Origin: a virus
DNA length: 64,000 nt
IMG/VR virus record: IMGVR_UViG_3300023084_000003
Reading direction: 5' to 3' (one strand)
Position numbers and translations under genes: made by a program. Shown here one piece after another: positions 28,719 to 37,701 of the stretch. Below the pieces are notes generated by a model. The model had not been told where the DNA came from, ran no database searches, and worked only from the letters and a program-made list of their open reading frames with translations. How positions within the stretch are numbered: position 1 is the first letter of the stretch; every line of letters begins with the position of its first letter.

Positions 28719-29923
28719 AGAAAAGCCTCAAGTGTAGTAATGTTTTCTTGGTATTCAAGCTTCTGAGTACCATTATACTGCAAAATGTAATCGGTGTCAA
28801 CCATTTTTCTTAGACCTTTAAGTGTTGCTAGAACCTCTGTGGCCATGTCTGTGGCTGTTTGCACAGGGACATTTTGGCAAATATGATTTGCTACCTTAGG
28901 GCCCGCATCGACCAATTCAAAGTCTTCGGGCAAGCCCATGATTGACATAGCTTCTCGGTAATTAATAAATCGATCTTCATCAGGATGAGTAAGCATAGTA
29001 GGATAGTGGCCAACGAAAGCGCCGATACGATCTTTTGGAACAATGACACCTCTTCTCATAATCGACCCACCCTTAGCAAGTTTCTCATGTTTATAGTGGC
29101 ACTTATCAACTTCTTTCTCAAAACCGTTTGCAGCCATCCAGTCAGCAACTTCATTATAAGTTTTACCTGCTCTTTCGATATAAGAGAAAGAATCCACACC
29201 ACGAGCTGACGTTGGATCTACATCGCGAGAATGCTCTGTATGAGTTTTGCCTCCTTCAATCTCTTCAAGAATGTACTTATAGTACGGGTTGTCGGAAGGC
29301 TTTTTAGTATTGATAGGTTCAGTTTGAAAGTTTGATTTTACATTACGAATTAATTCTTCGATTGGTGTGTACTCACGATTGTAGTATTCAAAGATTGGTA
29401 CGCCGTTATCTCGTTTCCAGAAGAAATAAAATGAGCGTTCTCGTACCTGTGGAACACCATGAAGTAGAGATCTAGTCCGGTATACACTCATCGTATATCC
29501 ATTGTCCTTACCAATCTGTTTCAATTGATTACGAACATTAGTTCCAATCTTACCAGCAAATCCTGGAGCGTTCTCGCCCCAGAAACAGTCTGGTCTATAT
29601 TCACCAAGAATATACTTTGCAGTCTCAATCATCCATTTGTTGTTTTCGTTGTCGTCACCGTATCCATGTGACATCATTGATAAACCAGCGCATGGACACA
29701 CTGATGATACAACATTTGCTCTTTCGCCTGGCGGTGGCCTATGTCCTTTATCTAGAACATAATATGGAATCTTGTTGTCGTAATAATTTAGAATATGTTT
29801 GTCATTACCAGCAAAAGGTTCATATGACATAAAATGAATTGGAGGTGCACCAAAGGCTCGATGGGAACCAATAGTTTCACCTCCAATTAGTGGTACGATA
29901 CTTGCGTGGGTAATATCACTCAT
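28715..29923 (-). CDS. C5-cytosine methyltransferase-like protein with atypical motif I
   Basis: Motif IV PCAGLS, VI GENAPG, VIII PQVRER, IX/X HP..RFINYREAMSIMGLP..QNVPV; motif I reads PLIGGE instead of FxGxG. Confidence 0.75.
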   Translation of the reverse strand: MSDITHASIVPLIGGETIGSHRAFGAPPIHFMSYEPFAGNDKHILNYYDNKIPYYVLDKGHRPPPGERANVVSSVCPCAGLSMMSHGYGDDNENNKWMIETAKYILGEYRPDCFWGENAPGFAGKIGTNVRNQLKQIGKDNGYTMSVYRTRSLLHGVPQVRERSFYFFWKRDNGVPIFEYYNREYTPIEELIRNVKSNFQTEPINTKKPSDNPYYKYILEEIEGGKTHTEHSRDVDPTSARGVDSFSYIERAGKTYNEVADWMAANGFEKEVDKCHYKHEKLAKGGSIMRRGVIVPKDRIGAFVGHYPTMLTHPDEDRFINYREAMSIMGLPEDFELVDAGPKVANHICQNVPVQTATDMATEVLATLKGLRKMVDTDYILQYNGTQKLEYQENITTLEAFL

Positions 29924-30921
29924 GCTAAAAACTTTCTCACTGTTGAGAGCGCTGTGCTCACAGCCTGATGCATATCAAGATAGGCATACAAACCGCAGCG
30001 ACCGATAAAGGTCATATGCTCTGGTATTTCGGCTTTATATTTTTTGTATAGCTCTCGGTTCTTACCATCGCGATCTTTTACTGGATAATAACGTTCATAG
30101 TTATTCTCAGAGTAATCGCATGGTTCCTCGAACGTTAGCGTTGTGATATATTTATTATCGCCGTGACAGGGAATATTCTTCCATTCAGTAACACGAGTCT
30201 TTGGGCCGTGATGAGTAAAGTTTACAGTAGCGGTTGGTAATGCCCGTGGAATCGGCAGGCTTACAGTCTCAAACTTGATTGAACGATATGGAAGCTTATC
30301 ATATTTCCATTCAAACCATTCATCAATTGGCATAGAATTAAACACATGATCGTATTCTTTATCCATATGATAATTATATTCAGTATTTAAAGATACAGTT
30401 ATATTGTGGTGAGTGAGAATGTTCTCAACCATTTTAGTATAGCCATGCCGTGGCATGAATTGTATCTTATCATTTGGAAAGTATTCTTCGTTGTAATCAT
30501 CACGAATAGGAACTCGATTGATAATATCAGGATTCAACTGATCAAGTTCGACACCCCACATCTTCTTGGTATAAGGTCTGAAGAATACGTCGAGAACATT
30601 CTCCTCACCGACAATATCTTTTGTTTCACGATTTACTGGTAATGTGACGTATTGTCCATCCGAGAGTTGAGCTTTAACTTTGTGCCGATACTCAACCCAC
30701 TCAGTAAACTGTGAAAGCCATTCAAATACTTCTTCATTATTAGTATGAAATAGATGAGGACCATACTTATGAACTCGAATGCCATGTTCATTCTCATAAT
30801 CATATGCATTACCGGCTACGTGATCTCGTTTATCAATTACATCTACATTATGTCCTGCTCTTGCAAGCTCACGAGCAACCACACAACCTGATAGACCCGC
30901 ACCTACTACTAAATACTTCAT
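29920..30921 (-). CDS. glf: UDP-galactopyranose mutase
   Basis: VVGAGLSG, HVAGNAYD, VHKYGPHLFHT, RVTEWK, RYYP, GRCGLYAYLDMHQAV. Confidence 0.93.
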   Translation of the reverse strand: MKYLVVGAGLSGCVVARELARAGHNVDVIDKRDHVAGNAYDYENEHGIRVHKYGPHLFHTNNEEVFEWLSQFTEWVEYRHKVKAQLSDGQYVTLPVNRETKDIVGEENVLDVFFRPYTKKMWGVELDQLNPDIINRVPIRDDYNEEYFPNDKIQFMPRHGYTKMVENILTHHNITVSLNTEYNYHMDKEYDHVFNSMPIDEWFEWKYDKLPYRSIKFETVSLPIPRALPTATVNFTHHGPKTRVTEWKNIPCHGDNKYITTLTFEEPCDYSENNYERYYPVKDRDGKNRELYKKYKAEIPEHMTFIGRCGLYAYLDMHQAVSTALSTVRKFLA

Positions 30922-32015
30922 GCTGCTAATACTCTCTCAAGCTCGTTTCTTTGAATGCTCTGATCCAAAGGATGGTTATCATATAGAGCATCTCGCTGAG
31001 CTTTGGCAGTAGCTTGCAATTGAGTAAGATCCATTGCTTCTACGTCTTGTACTCGAAGTCCAGCAAGACCCTCATCTTTATAATACACCATCATTTCTGG
31101 TTTGTCACCAATAATAATAGAACCGGCGTCAGCAACCTGCAGTGGGCGTGCTCGCCACCACCCAGATCCGGCATGGAAGTATCCGGGCATTAGACAGCCC
31201 CATTGTTGTTCGAATACTTTTACCATTTCCGGTTCGGTTTTACGCTCTGACTTATATTTACCACGCTTTGCGCCATAGTAAACAATCTCCCACTTCCAAT
31301 CGTCAGGTTGCTGCGCCTTGAGCCATTTTCGCGTTTTCTCTTGAACAAGAGACGCAAAATTCCATTTCATTTCTTTTTCTGGTGTATCACCAAAGAAACT
31401 ATCCAAACCAACACTACCTGTTCCATAACCGTTGTCTGCACGACGATTTAGATGATAAGGATTTGGATTATATGTGTAAACGTTTTCTTCTTTCCAGCCA
31501 AGTTCTAGTGTTGACATATCACCACCTGCAAAGGCGCTTACAAGCAAACGATTCTCTTTACTGGTGATAATGTTACAAGCATCGATATATTGTTCTTTAT
31601 ATGACGCTACAGTTTCTTTATCTTCTACACCTTGCCATAGATCAAAGAGATACTGGCGGAATACACCTTCATCGTTTGCTTCGAGCTTCTCTTTATATGT
31701 TTCAATAGTGCTGTAGATCTGTTTAAACTGCCAATCGTCAAAAGCTAAGATGCAGTTTGGGCGAGCATGTACGGCATACAGTCCGGACCATAGGAATTGA
31801 CAGAAGGCCTGGATGCTGTGAATGTATACCACTACCTCATCATAGTGATCTAGGTTCTCGCCTAGTCTGACAGGCCGCTGTTCAACCTCATATCCCATAT
31901 CTTCAAGGCAACGAATGAGTGAATAGTGAGATGGCACAACCTGAAGTTGTTGCTGCAGAAAGAAGTCTTTCGTACACTGCAGCTTATTCATACCTGTTAC
32001 AAGGATTTTTTTCAT
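30918..32015 (-). CDS. GT-B-fold glycosyltransferase, candidate DNA (hmC) glycosyltransferase
   Basis: Rossmann-like start MKKILVTGM; C-terminal WWRARPLQVADAGSIIIGD resembles the GT-B/T4 beta-glucosyltransferase C-terminal motif; location between glf and the hydroxymethylase. Confidence 0.6.
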   Translation of the reverse strand: MKKILVTGMNKLQCTKDFFLQQQLQVVPSHYSLIRCLEDMGYEVEQRPVRLGENLDHYDEVVVYIHSIQAFCQFLWSGLYAVHARPNCILAFDDWQFKQIYSTIETYKEKLEANDEGVFRQYLFDLWQGVEDKETVASYKEQYIDACNIITSKENRLLVSAFAGGDMSTLELGWKEENVYTYNPNPYHLNRRADNGYGTGSVGLDSFFGDTPEKEMKWNFASLVQEKTRKWLKAQQPDDWKWEIVYYGAKRGKYKSERKTEPEMVKVFEQQWGCLMPGYFHAGSGWWRARPLQVADAGSIIIGDKPEMMVYYKDEGLAGLRVQDVEAMDLTQLQATAKAQRDALYDNHPLDQSIQRNELERVLAA

Positions 32016-32377
32016 TTCGACTCCATATATCTTTTACATTCTTTAAGTTTCATCTCTTCATATTCAATATCATTCAATAGTCTATTTAGTGGTGAAGGAT
32101 GAGGCATAACAAAGTGTTCAATACCTAGTCTATTTAGCGTTTCTGACACGAAGTTGCCGAGAGCAATAACTCTTTTATAACCATTAATATAACATAGTAG
32201 AGTCTCTTTGTCAACCATAGATTGATTGTAAGGTCCGGTTTCGTGAATAACATTGGTAAATGCATAGTACCTTATACCGAGGTGATCCATCCACCGATTC
32301 AATCTTTTAATAGTAGGACTCTGCTGATGTGCAGGGCCGTTTGAAGGATTTATACCAACTACAATCATATCAATCAT
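32012..32377 (-). CDS. Minimal uracil-DNA-glycosylase-superfamily protein
   Basis: VVGINPS (motif A), FTNV, VIALG, PHPSPLN (motif B). Confidence 0.65.
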   Translation of the reverse strand: MIDMIVVGINPSNGPAHQQSPTIKRLNRWMDHLGIRYYAFTNVIHETGPYNQSMVDKETLLCYINGYKRVIALGNFVSETLNRLGIEHFVMPHPSPLNRLLNDIEYEEMKLKECKRYMESK

Positions 32378-32894
32378 CTAATGTTGTTACTACCACACCT
32401 GCTACTTTATACATGGGAAGTGATTCTTTATACCATACCTCTTCCCAATTACCCTTGTCTGTCTTTGCAGTAGGCATTACAACTCGTTTAATACCAGCTT
32501 GGATAACGCACTTTGTGCATGCTGGGCAAACTGGCAGGCCATAAACATATAGTGTGGCATCCTTTACAGTAACGCCATTATACAAAGCATTCATAAGAGC
32601 ATTCATTTCAGCATGAATTATACGAGGATACTTTTCATCTCGATTGTTGAGTCGTTCATCGCTATCTTCAATACCTCGAGGAAAACCATTGTAACCGGTG
32701 GCAAGGATCCGCCTTTCAGCATTAACAACAACAGCACCTATCTTACTCGACGGATCCTTACTCCAGCCAGAGATGATCTCAGCCATCTCCATGAAACGAC
32801 GATCCCATTTTATATCCTTGGCATCTTCCTCACGCATACGCCGTCTCATGTAATCGTGGTAACTTTCTCGATAATATTCCATTCTACTCATCAT
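32370..32894 (-). CDS. dCMP deaminase
   Basis: SKDPSSKIGAV, GYNGFPRG, HAEMNA, PCPAC-like VCPACTK Zn motif. Confidence 0.92.
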   Translation of the reverse strand: MMSRMEYYRESYHDYMRRRMREEDAKDIKWDRRFMEMAEIISGWSKDPSSKIGAVVVNAERRILATGYNGFPRGIEDSDERLNNRDEKYPRIIHAEMNALMNALYNGVTVKDATLYVYGLPVCPACTKCVIQAGIKRVVMPTAKTDKGNWEEVWYKESLPMYKVAGVVVTTLDD

Positions 32895-33123
32895 CTTTTT
32901 TGTTTAGAAGCTTTTGCTCCATTTGTTCCTTAATATCATGAACTCGTTCTTTTTCAATTAAGTCGATAATCAGATTTGTAAGATCTAGATCTTTCTTGAG
33001 AAAAAACATTCTTTGCTGTATCTTCTCAAGTTGCTTTTGATAGTACTCTAATTCCTTTTCTTTACGCAATCTAGTCTCAATGATATCAGAAATCATTATA
33101 AGTTTGCCGGGCTCATGATCCAT
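32884..33123 (-). CDS. Small coiled-coil protein
   Basis: RKEKELEYY..LTNLIIDLIEKE; operon-coupled. Confidence 0.55.
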   Translation of the reverse strand: MDHEPGKLIMISDIIETRLRKEKELEYYQKQLEKIQQRMFFLKKDLDLTNLIIDLIEKERVHDIKEQMEQKLLNKKDDE

Positions 33124-33818
33124 TATTTCACCAAATTAAAATGTCTTTCATACACGTGCAAATTCATGACTTGCCAGATGAGCATACCTTTTTCAATCTC
33201 ACCGTGTTCACCTGTAACTGCAGCCATTTCATTCCAATTAGAAACAAACTTGTCCATAAGGTATTGTGCCCAAGCATAATCATTCTTATAGCCAAAAACA
33301 ACATCATTAGAACGCATTTGAGATACCATCATCAAGACACCATCACGAATATAGAATGTTTGTGCATTTGTACAGATGAAGTCAGACTTGCCGCCTTCAT
33401 TGAATTCAACCCAGATTGATGGACGGTTGTAAACCATTTGAGCACGGCGGCTGTCTGGATTACACCATAATTCATCAAAGGCCATATAAAATTGTTTGAA
33501 GTACTTATCCGAGAAAACAAGATGGCCATAGTTAGAGTTGATATTGCCATGCTTGTCTGCTGAATATTTCCAAGCTGCGGGTGGATCTTGGTTCTTGCCA
33601 TGAATATCATAGATATTTGTACTTTGGCTTTCATACCAATCCAACTCAGCTTCAATATAAGCTTGATTTGGTATGCCAAAGATAGATGGTTCAGATGCAA
33701 CGAAGTTTGCACCAATCATCTCGATGGTTTTCTGGCCAGTTTTATCGATTGTAAATGCTTCATCCGCGAGCTCACCAATAAAGAACTCACGGATGTCTTT
33801 TACACTATTCATCAACAT
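33123..33818 (-). CDS. gp42: dCMP hydroxymethylase (T4 gp42-like, thymidylate synthase family)
   Basis: NSNYG, SRRA, catalytic DFICT, MRSNDVVFGYKND (Asp at the dCMP-specificity position, as in T4 gp42), NLHVYERHF. Confidence 0.88.
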   Translation of the reverse strand: MLMNSVKDIREFFIGELADEAFTIDKTGQKTIEMIGANFVASEPSIFGIPNQAYIEAELDWYESQSTNIYDIHGKNQDPPAAWKYSADKHGNINSNYGHLVFSDKYFKQFYMAFDELWCNPDSRRAQMVYNRPSIWVEFNEGGKSDFICTNAQTFYIRDGVLMMVSQMRSNDVVFGYKNDYAWAQYLMDKFVSNWNEMAAVTGEHGEIEKGMLIWQVMNLHVYERHFNLVK

Positions 33819-34164
33819 TCGTCACCTGTCGGTTAATTGGACGATTGAAAATATCACGGGAACCGTCTTGGCCCTCGATCTTTTGTCGACAATATGCAAC
33901 AAAGAATGATGCATAGTTGATTAGATCTTTAGCACTATCTTCGAGCGATTCGAAGTTTGGTTCATAGTCTTCGCCACGCATAGCTTCCATAACAGATTTC
34001 ATACGAAGCATTTTGCCATGCATGACATCATGGATCGATTGCACGCCGTTTGGATAGTAATCGGCTTGTTGTACAGTCGAGTTCGGATTTTGATAATCAC
34101 GAGACTTTTTGACTTGGATCTCAGCACACTCGGCTAAGACTTTTGCGGATTCAGGTGTTGACAT
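33805..34164 (-). CDS. Nucleotide-modification-associated domain 1 (Nmad1/DUF1599)-like protein
   Basis: KKSRDYQN..K.LR..ESLEDSAKDLINYASF helical pattern; next to the hydroxymethylase. Confidence 0.65.
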   Translation of the reverse strand: MSTPESAKVLAECAEIQVKKSRDYQNPNSTVQQADYYPNGVQSIHDVMHGKMLRMKSVMEAMRGEDYEPNFESLEDSAKDLINYASFFVAYCRQKIEGQDGSRDIFNRPINRQVTNVDE

Positions 34165-34173
34165 ATTACCTCC

Positions 34174-34902
34174 TTAGATTTTTTCACAACGGGGAAACAG
34201 TTTATGGCCACGCTCTGGCACGTGGAAGTAACCCATAATTGGAATTATACCACGGGAATCATTTTTTGTAAAGGAAAGACTTGAGCGTGCGCCTTTACCA
34301 GATTTTGGCTTTTTCCAATACTGAGTAGTATCATCAAGATTAACCAAAGAAACATGAGCGCCCACGATTTGATATTTATCGTCAAGTTGAAAACGCTTAA
34401 GAAGATGCATAGATACTTTTTCACCAGCGTTAGCGTTACCGGTCCACATGTTAAATTTTTCAAAAGCTTGAGACATGCAGTTTTTGTCTTCGATTTCCGT
34501 ACGGCGCGTATTAGTGTATACCCAATCATAGCCATCTGAAAGATCAACTCGTAAGTCAATACCAGTATTTTTAAGAAGACGGCCGAACAAATTATTGATT
34601 GGCGAGCTGTAAAGTTTAGAAATCTCAGCTGAACGCTGGGACATTGGCAGTGCGTCAAGCTCATCTTTGATAGGATTGTCGTACCAATTAGAAGCAGAAT
34701 CCAATTTTTCGGTATTGAAAATGCGTTGGAATTCTGGAATTATAGAACGAATACCTTCGATAAGAGGAGTGTATTCGCCGTCGGCATTGAATGTTTCTTG
34801 ACCAGATGTTTCTGCGATGTTGTCATCAGCATAATGTAATTGTGATTTTTGTGAAGCCAAGAAGTCGCCAGCAGTAGTAAATTTCATATCGCCCATAAAC
34901 AT
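34174..34902 (-). CDS. Hypothetical protein, possible PD-(D/E)xK nuclease
   Basis: GYDWVY..TEIEDK spacing resembles a restriction-type active site; own early promoter. Confidence 0.4.
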   Translation of the reverse strand: MFMGDMKFTTAGDFLASQKSQLHYADDNIAETSGQETFNADGEYTPLIEGIRSIIPEFQRIFNTEKLDSASNWYDNPIKDELDALPMSQRSAEISKLYSSPINNLFGRLLKNTGIDLRVDLSDGYDWVYTNTRRTEIEDKNCMSQAFEKFNMWTGNANAGEKVSMHLLKRFQLDDKYQIVGAHVSLVNLDDTTQYWKKPKSGKGARSSLSFTKNDSRGIIPIMGYFHVPERGHKLFPRCEKI

Positions 34903-34935
34903 TGTGTGTGTTCCTTTCTGTGTAACGATAATTCT

Positions 34936-34963
34936 ATTATATCAGGATTAGAGAGAATGTCAA
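34936..34963 (-). promoter_or_regulatory. Sigma70-type early promoter
   Basis: TTGACA-16-TATAAT with TG extension. Confidence 0.7.
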
Positions 34964-35241
34964 CTATAATTGCGCACATAAACGTCAAAATGTGTCGCAT
35001 TTTCTGCAGGAGTGTCGTGGGCCCAAGAATTCTCACGAGGACCACGAGGACGAATACGAAGACCTTGCGTATTCTGTTTACCATAGTAACTCAAAGTGCC
35101 ATATAGTTTACGAGCACGAGTGATGTATCCATTACGCTCAACAAGCAAAGCTTTCAATTCAGCGATCGCAGGATCGTCAAGAGACTTTACCGTGAAACGA
35201 TAATCAAGAGAAGAACGGTTTTTGTAAGTTACGTATGCCAT
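34960..35241 (-). CDS. Hypothetical early protein
   Basis: ORF with IRPRGPR..ATHFDVY; early region. Confidence 0.55.
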   Translation of the reverse strand: MAYVTYKNRSSLDYRFTVKSLDDPAIAELKALLVERNGYITRARKLYGTLSYYGKQNTQGLRIRPRGPRENSWAHDTPAENATHFDVYVRNYS

Positions 35242-35374
35242 TATTTTGTTTCCTTATTCACGATGATGTAAACTGTTGGCTCGTCGAGCTTAGAGCCGAT
35301 AAAAGCTTTTGCATCTTCTAAGCGAGAGCACATAGCGATGATCTGGTTGTTTGCTGCATTTTGAATATAGTACA

Positions 35375-35689
35375 TTAGAGTACCTCCTGTGGAGATACTC
35401 GCTTAGCACTAGAGACGAGGAAGTCACGATAATCATCGTCCAACTCTGCGAGTTCATCTTCCCAATCGTCGTGAGTGCGAAATGTGACGGGAAACTCTTT
35501 GTAGTACAGATTGTTCTGCATGCATAGAGCACCAACGAAAGCAACGGCATCTTGAATACGCTCAAGACCGCTGACGATGTAGTCAGCTCCGCCCTTCATC
35601 TTCCAGTAGGCGTTACCATCGGAAAACTTACCAGACTCGCAGTGAGCACCATAGTTTTCAAGACACTGAGTAGAGATTACATATTTCAT
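35375..35689 (-). CDS. Conserved hypothetical early protein
   Basis: ISTQCLENYGAH..YWKMKGG pattern; promoter and GGAGG Shine-Dalgarno upstream. Confidence 0.65.
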   Translation of the reverse strand: MKYVISTQCLENYGAHCESGKFSDGNAYWKMKGGADYIVSGLERIQDAVAFVGALCMQNNLYYKEFPVTFRTHDDWEDELAELDDDYRDFLVSSAKRVSPQEVL

Positions 35690-35717
35690 AGGTGGTTCCT
35701 CCTGTTCCTATAATAGT

Positions 35718-35746
35718 AATATAGTACATTTGCTAGTGAATGTCAA
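35718..35746 (-). promoter_or_regulatory. Sigma70-type early promoter
   Basis: GGGTTGACA-17-TATATT; near-identical flanks to the copies at 36630 and 53671. Confidence 0.75.
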
Positions 35747-35760
35747 CCCTTTTTTTCATT

Positions 35761-35961
35761 TTATTTGAAAAAAGTTTCAACTACTTGATTTTCTTTCATC
35801 AAGGTAACGACCCTAGAATTGCTATGCCTACCTCTAACATGAACTTGAAACCATTCCCTAGCTTCTTTTTCAGTTTCGCATATGACAGCACAGCACTCAG
35901 GCAATTCACTCTCGACTGCTTGGCACATAGTGCTAAATTGTGTTGTTACTGTCCAAGTCAT
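35761..35961 (-). CDS. Hypothetical early protein
   Basis: ORF in the early operon. Confidence 0.45.
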   Translation of the reverse strand: MTWTVTTQFSTMCQAVESELPECCAVICETEKEAREWFQVHVRGRHSNSRVVTLMKENQVVETFFK

Positions 35962-35965
35962 AATA

Positions 35966-36271
35966 TTACTCCACGGTTACGTGTACATCATGACGGCTAT
36001 GGCCATCAACGACAAATCCTGGAGAACAAGGGCAAGAGCAGCCTGCATATTGGCTCCAACGAACCTTGGTATCAGCAGGTAAACCCATTGCTTCCAAGAC
36101 GCCAGGAATAACTTCTTTTTTGTAAACAGTATGTTCACGTTGCTTACGGTTCATCAAGTTTTCCATGATGGTCTCACCCTGTGGCCAAACATAGATGCGA
36201 GTTTGCTTAGAGTACTCTCTCCAAGATACCATTGGACCACGTTCACGGATATCGATATCAGTCGTTTTCAT
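35966..36271 (-). CDS. Conserved hypothetical early protein
   Basis: KVRWSQYAGCSCPCSPGF motif. Confidence 0.6.
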   Translation of the reverse strand: MKTTDIDIRERGPMVSWREYSKQTRIYVWPQGETIMENLMNRKQREHTVYKKEVIPGVLEAMGLPADTKVRWSQYAGCSCPCSPGFVVDGHSRHDVHVTVE

Positions 36272-36600
36272 TACACCGCTTCCTTTTCAATAAAGCCAAA
36301 ACCTAAAACTTCATATTCAACACCGTCAACTTCCATACGATCAAACATTGAAGTTGAACGAAGACCGTAACCACCCTCATGAAGAGGAGCTAGACGAGTA
36401 ACGTTTGGATTGTAGTCACCGTTATCTTCGATGTCTGTACGGCTCCAAGAACCCATTACGTTGTTAGTCCAACGGTAAGCATACTCAAGAGCATCCATTA
36501 CATTGTCGAAACCTTCAGCAAGAACTTCTGCTACTGGAGTGAAACCTTCAACGTCACCAGAGATTTCGTTGCGGTCCATGTGCTTAACGATGATTTTCAT
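36271..36600 (-). CDS. Conserved hypothetical early protein
   Basis: LEYAYRWTNNVMGSWS..GLRSTSMFD; promoter directly upstream. Confidence 0.6.
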   Translation of the reverse strand: MKIIVKHMDRNEISGDVEGFTPVAEVLAEGFDNVMDALEYAYRWTNNVMGSWSRTDIEDNGDYNPNVTRLAPLHEGGYGLRSTSMFDRMEVDGVEYEVLGFGFIEKEAV

Positions 36601-36629
36601 GTTGTTTCCTTTTCATTCCTTATAATAGT

Positions 36630-36658
36630 AATATAGTACTTTGGAAGGTAAATGTCAA
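36630..36658 (-). promoter_or_regulatory. Sigma70-type early promoter
   Basis: GGTTGACA-17-TATATT. Confidence 0.75.
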
Positions 36659-36758
36659 CCCTTTTTCGCACTTTTTTTCAAATAAAATGAAAAAAGATTT
36701 GCAAGGAAATCAATGGCTTATAAAATAAATAGTAAATAATTTGCAATAGGGGTTAAAA

Positions 36759-37253
36759 TTGCGCAGTCCTTTGATACATTTAGACTATGAAATCGATAAA
36801 AAAAGATGGAGAGATATCTTTTATGATAACATACAAGAGTATGGTCAGTGGCACAGATCTGTTCCGAAAGCTCAAAACTTGTATTGGTATCAATTGTTCA
36901 TATCAGATGACCATCCACTCAAGAAATTAACTATAGACGTGGAAAGAGATCTAAACATCTATGGGATGAACAATTTTCCTAGGTTTTCTTATCAATTCAA
37001 ATATTCAAAATTAGAACACCACCAAGACGAAGACAAGATGGTGTCTATAAACATCAATCTGTTTGACACACAACCAGTCATACACATAGAACATAAGCCT
37101 TATCCTTATGAATGTGCATTTGTGGATGTCGGCCATGTTATGCATGGTGTTGAGCCAGACCCAAACGATAGACTTATATTAAAGTTTGCTCTGCGACATC
37201 CTTGGGATGAAGTTTATGAAAGACTTGATAAATTTGGTTTACTCAATGAATAA
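36759..37253 (+). CDS. 2OG-Fe(II) dioxygenase-like protein
   Basis: HQD (HxD)...MHGV...RLILKF facial triad plus Arg. Confidence 0.7.
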   Translation: MRSPLIHLDYEIDKKRWRDIFYDNIQEYGQWHRSVPKAQNLYWYQLFISDDHPLKKLTIDVERDLNIYGMNNFPRFSYQFKYSKLEHHQDEDKMVSININLFDTQPVIHIEHKPYPYECAFVDVGHVMHGVEPDPNDRLILKFALRHPWDEVYERLDKFGLLNE

Positions 37254-37701
37254 CACTATTTTAAAGTTTAAATCTCCTTGGGATACATCAATTCTTCTAT
37301 CAGAATGGAATAGAGATACTGCCAATACGTTTAGTAAGTTAAACGAAAAGTGGGAAAAAACGTGGTCTATAGGTAGTTACGGCAAATCTATAGCGGATCA
37401 ATTTAAAGGTGAAATAAAGATTGGTTATTATTTCCAACCAAAAGGCACAGATATAAAGCCGCATAGAGATACTGGATGCAAAACCAGAATAAATGTAGTG
37501 CTATTAGGCGGCGAACAAACACTATACATTAACAATCAAGAACACGTATATGATTGTGCATTAATTAATGTTAATAAGTATGAGCATTACTTGAAAGAAG
37601 CCGAAGAAGATAGATTGTTATTTTCTATTATATTTTTAGATAGTTCTTTTGAAACTGTTTACGACATCATTAAAAGTAATATCGAATATAGAAAACTTTA
37701 G
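37246..37701 (+). CDS. 2OG-Fe(II) dioxygenase-like protein
   Basis: PHRD...YEHY...RLLFSI; likely start MNNTILKF. Confidence 0.7.
   Translation: MNNTILKFKSPWDTSILLSEWNRDTANTFSKLNEKWEKTWSIGSYGKSIADQFKGEIKIGYYFQPKGTDIKPHRDTGCKTRINVVLLGGEQTLYINNQEHVYDCALINVNKYEHYLKEAEEDRLLFSIIFLDSSFETVYDIIKSNIEYRKL

Noticed and set aside
35290-36370. ORFs 35290-35565, 35740-36111, 35882-36082 and 36131-36370
   Set aside because: They overlap better-supported minus-strand early genes that have promoters and ribosome-binding sites
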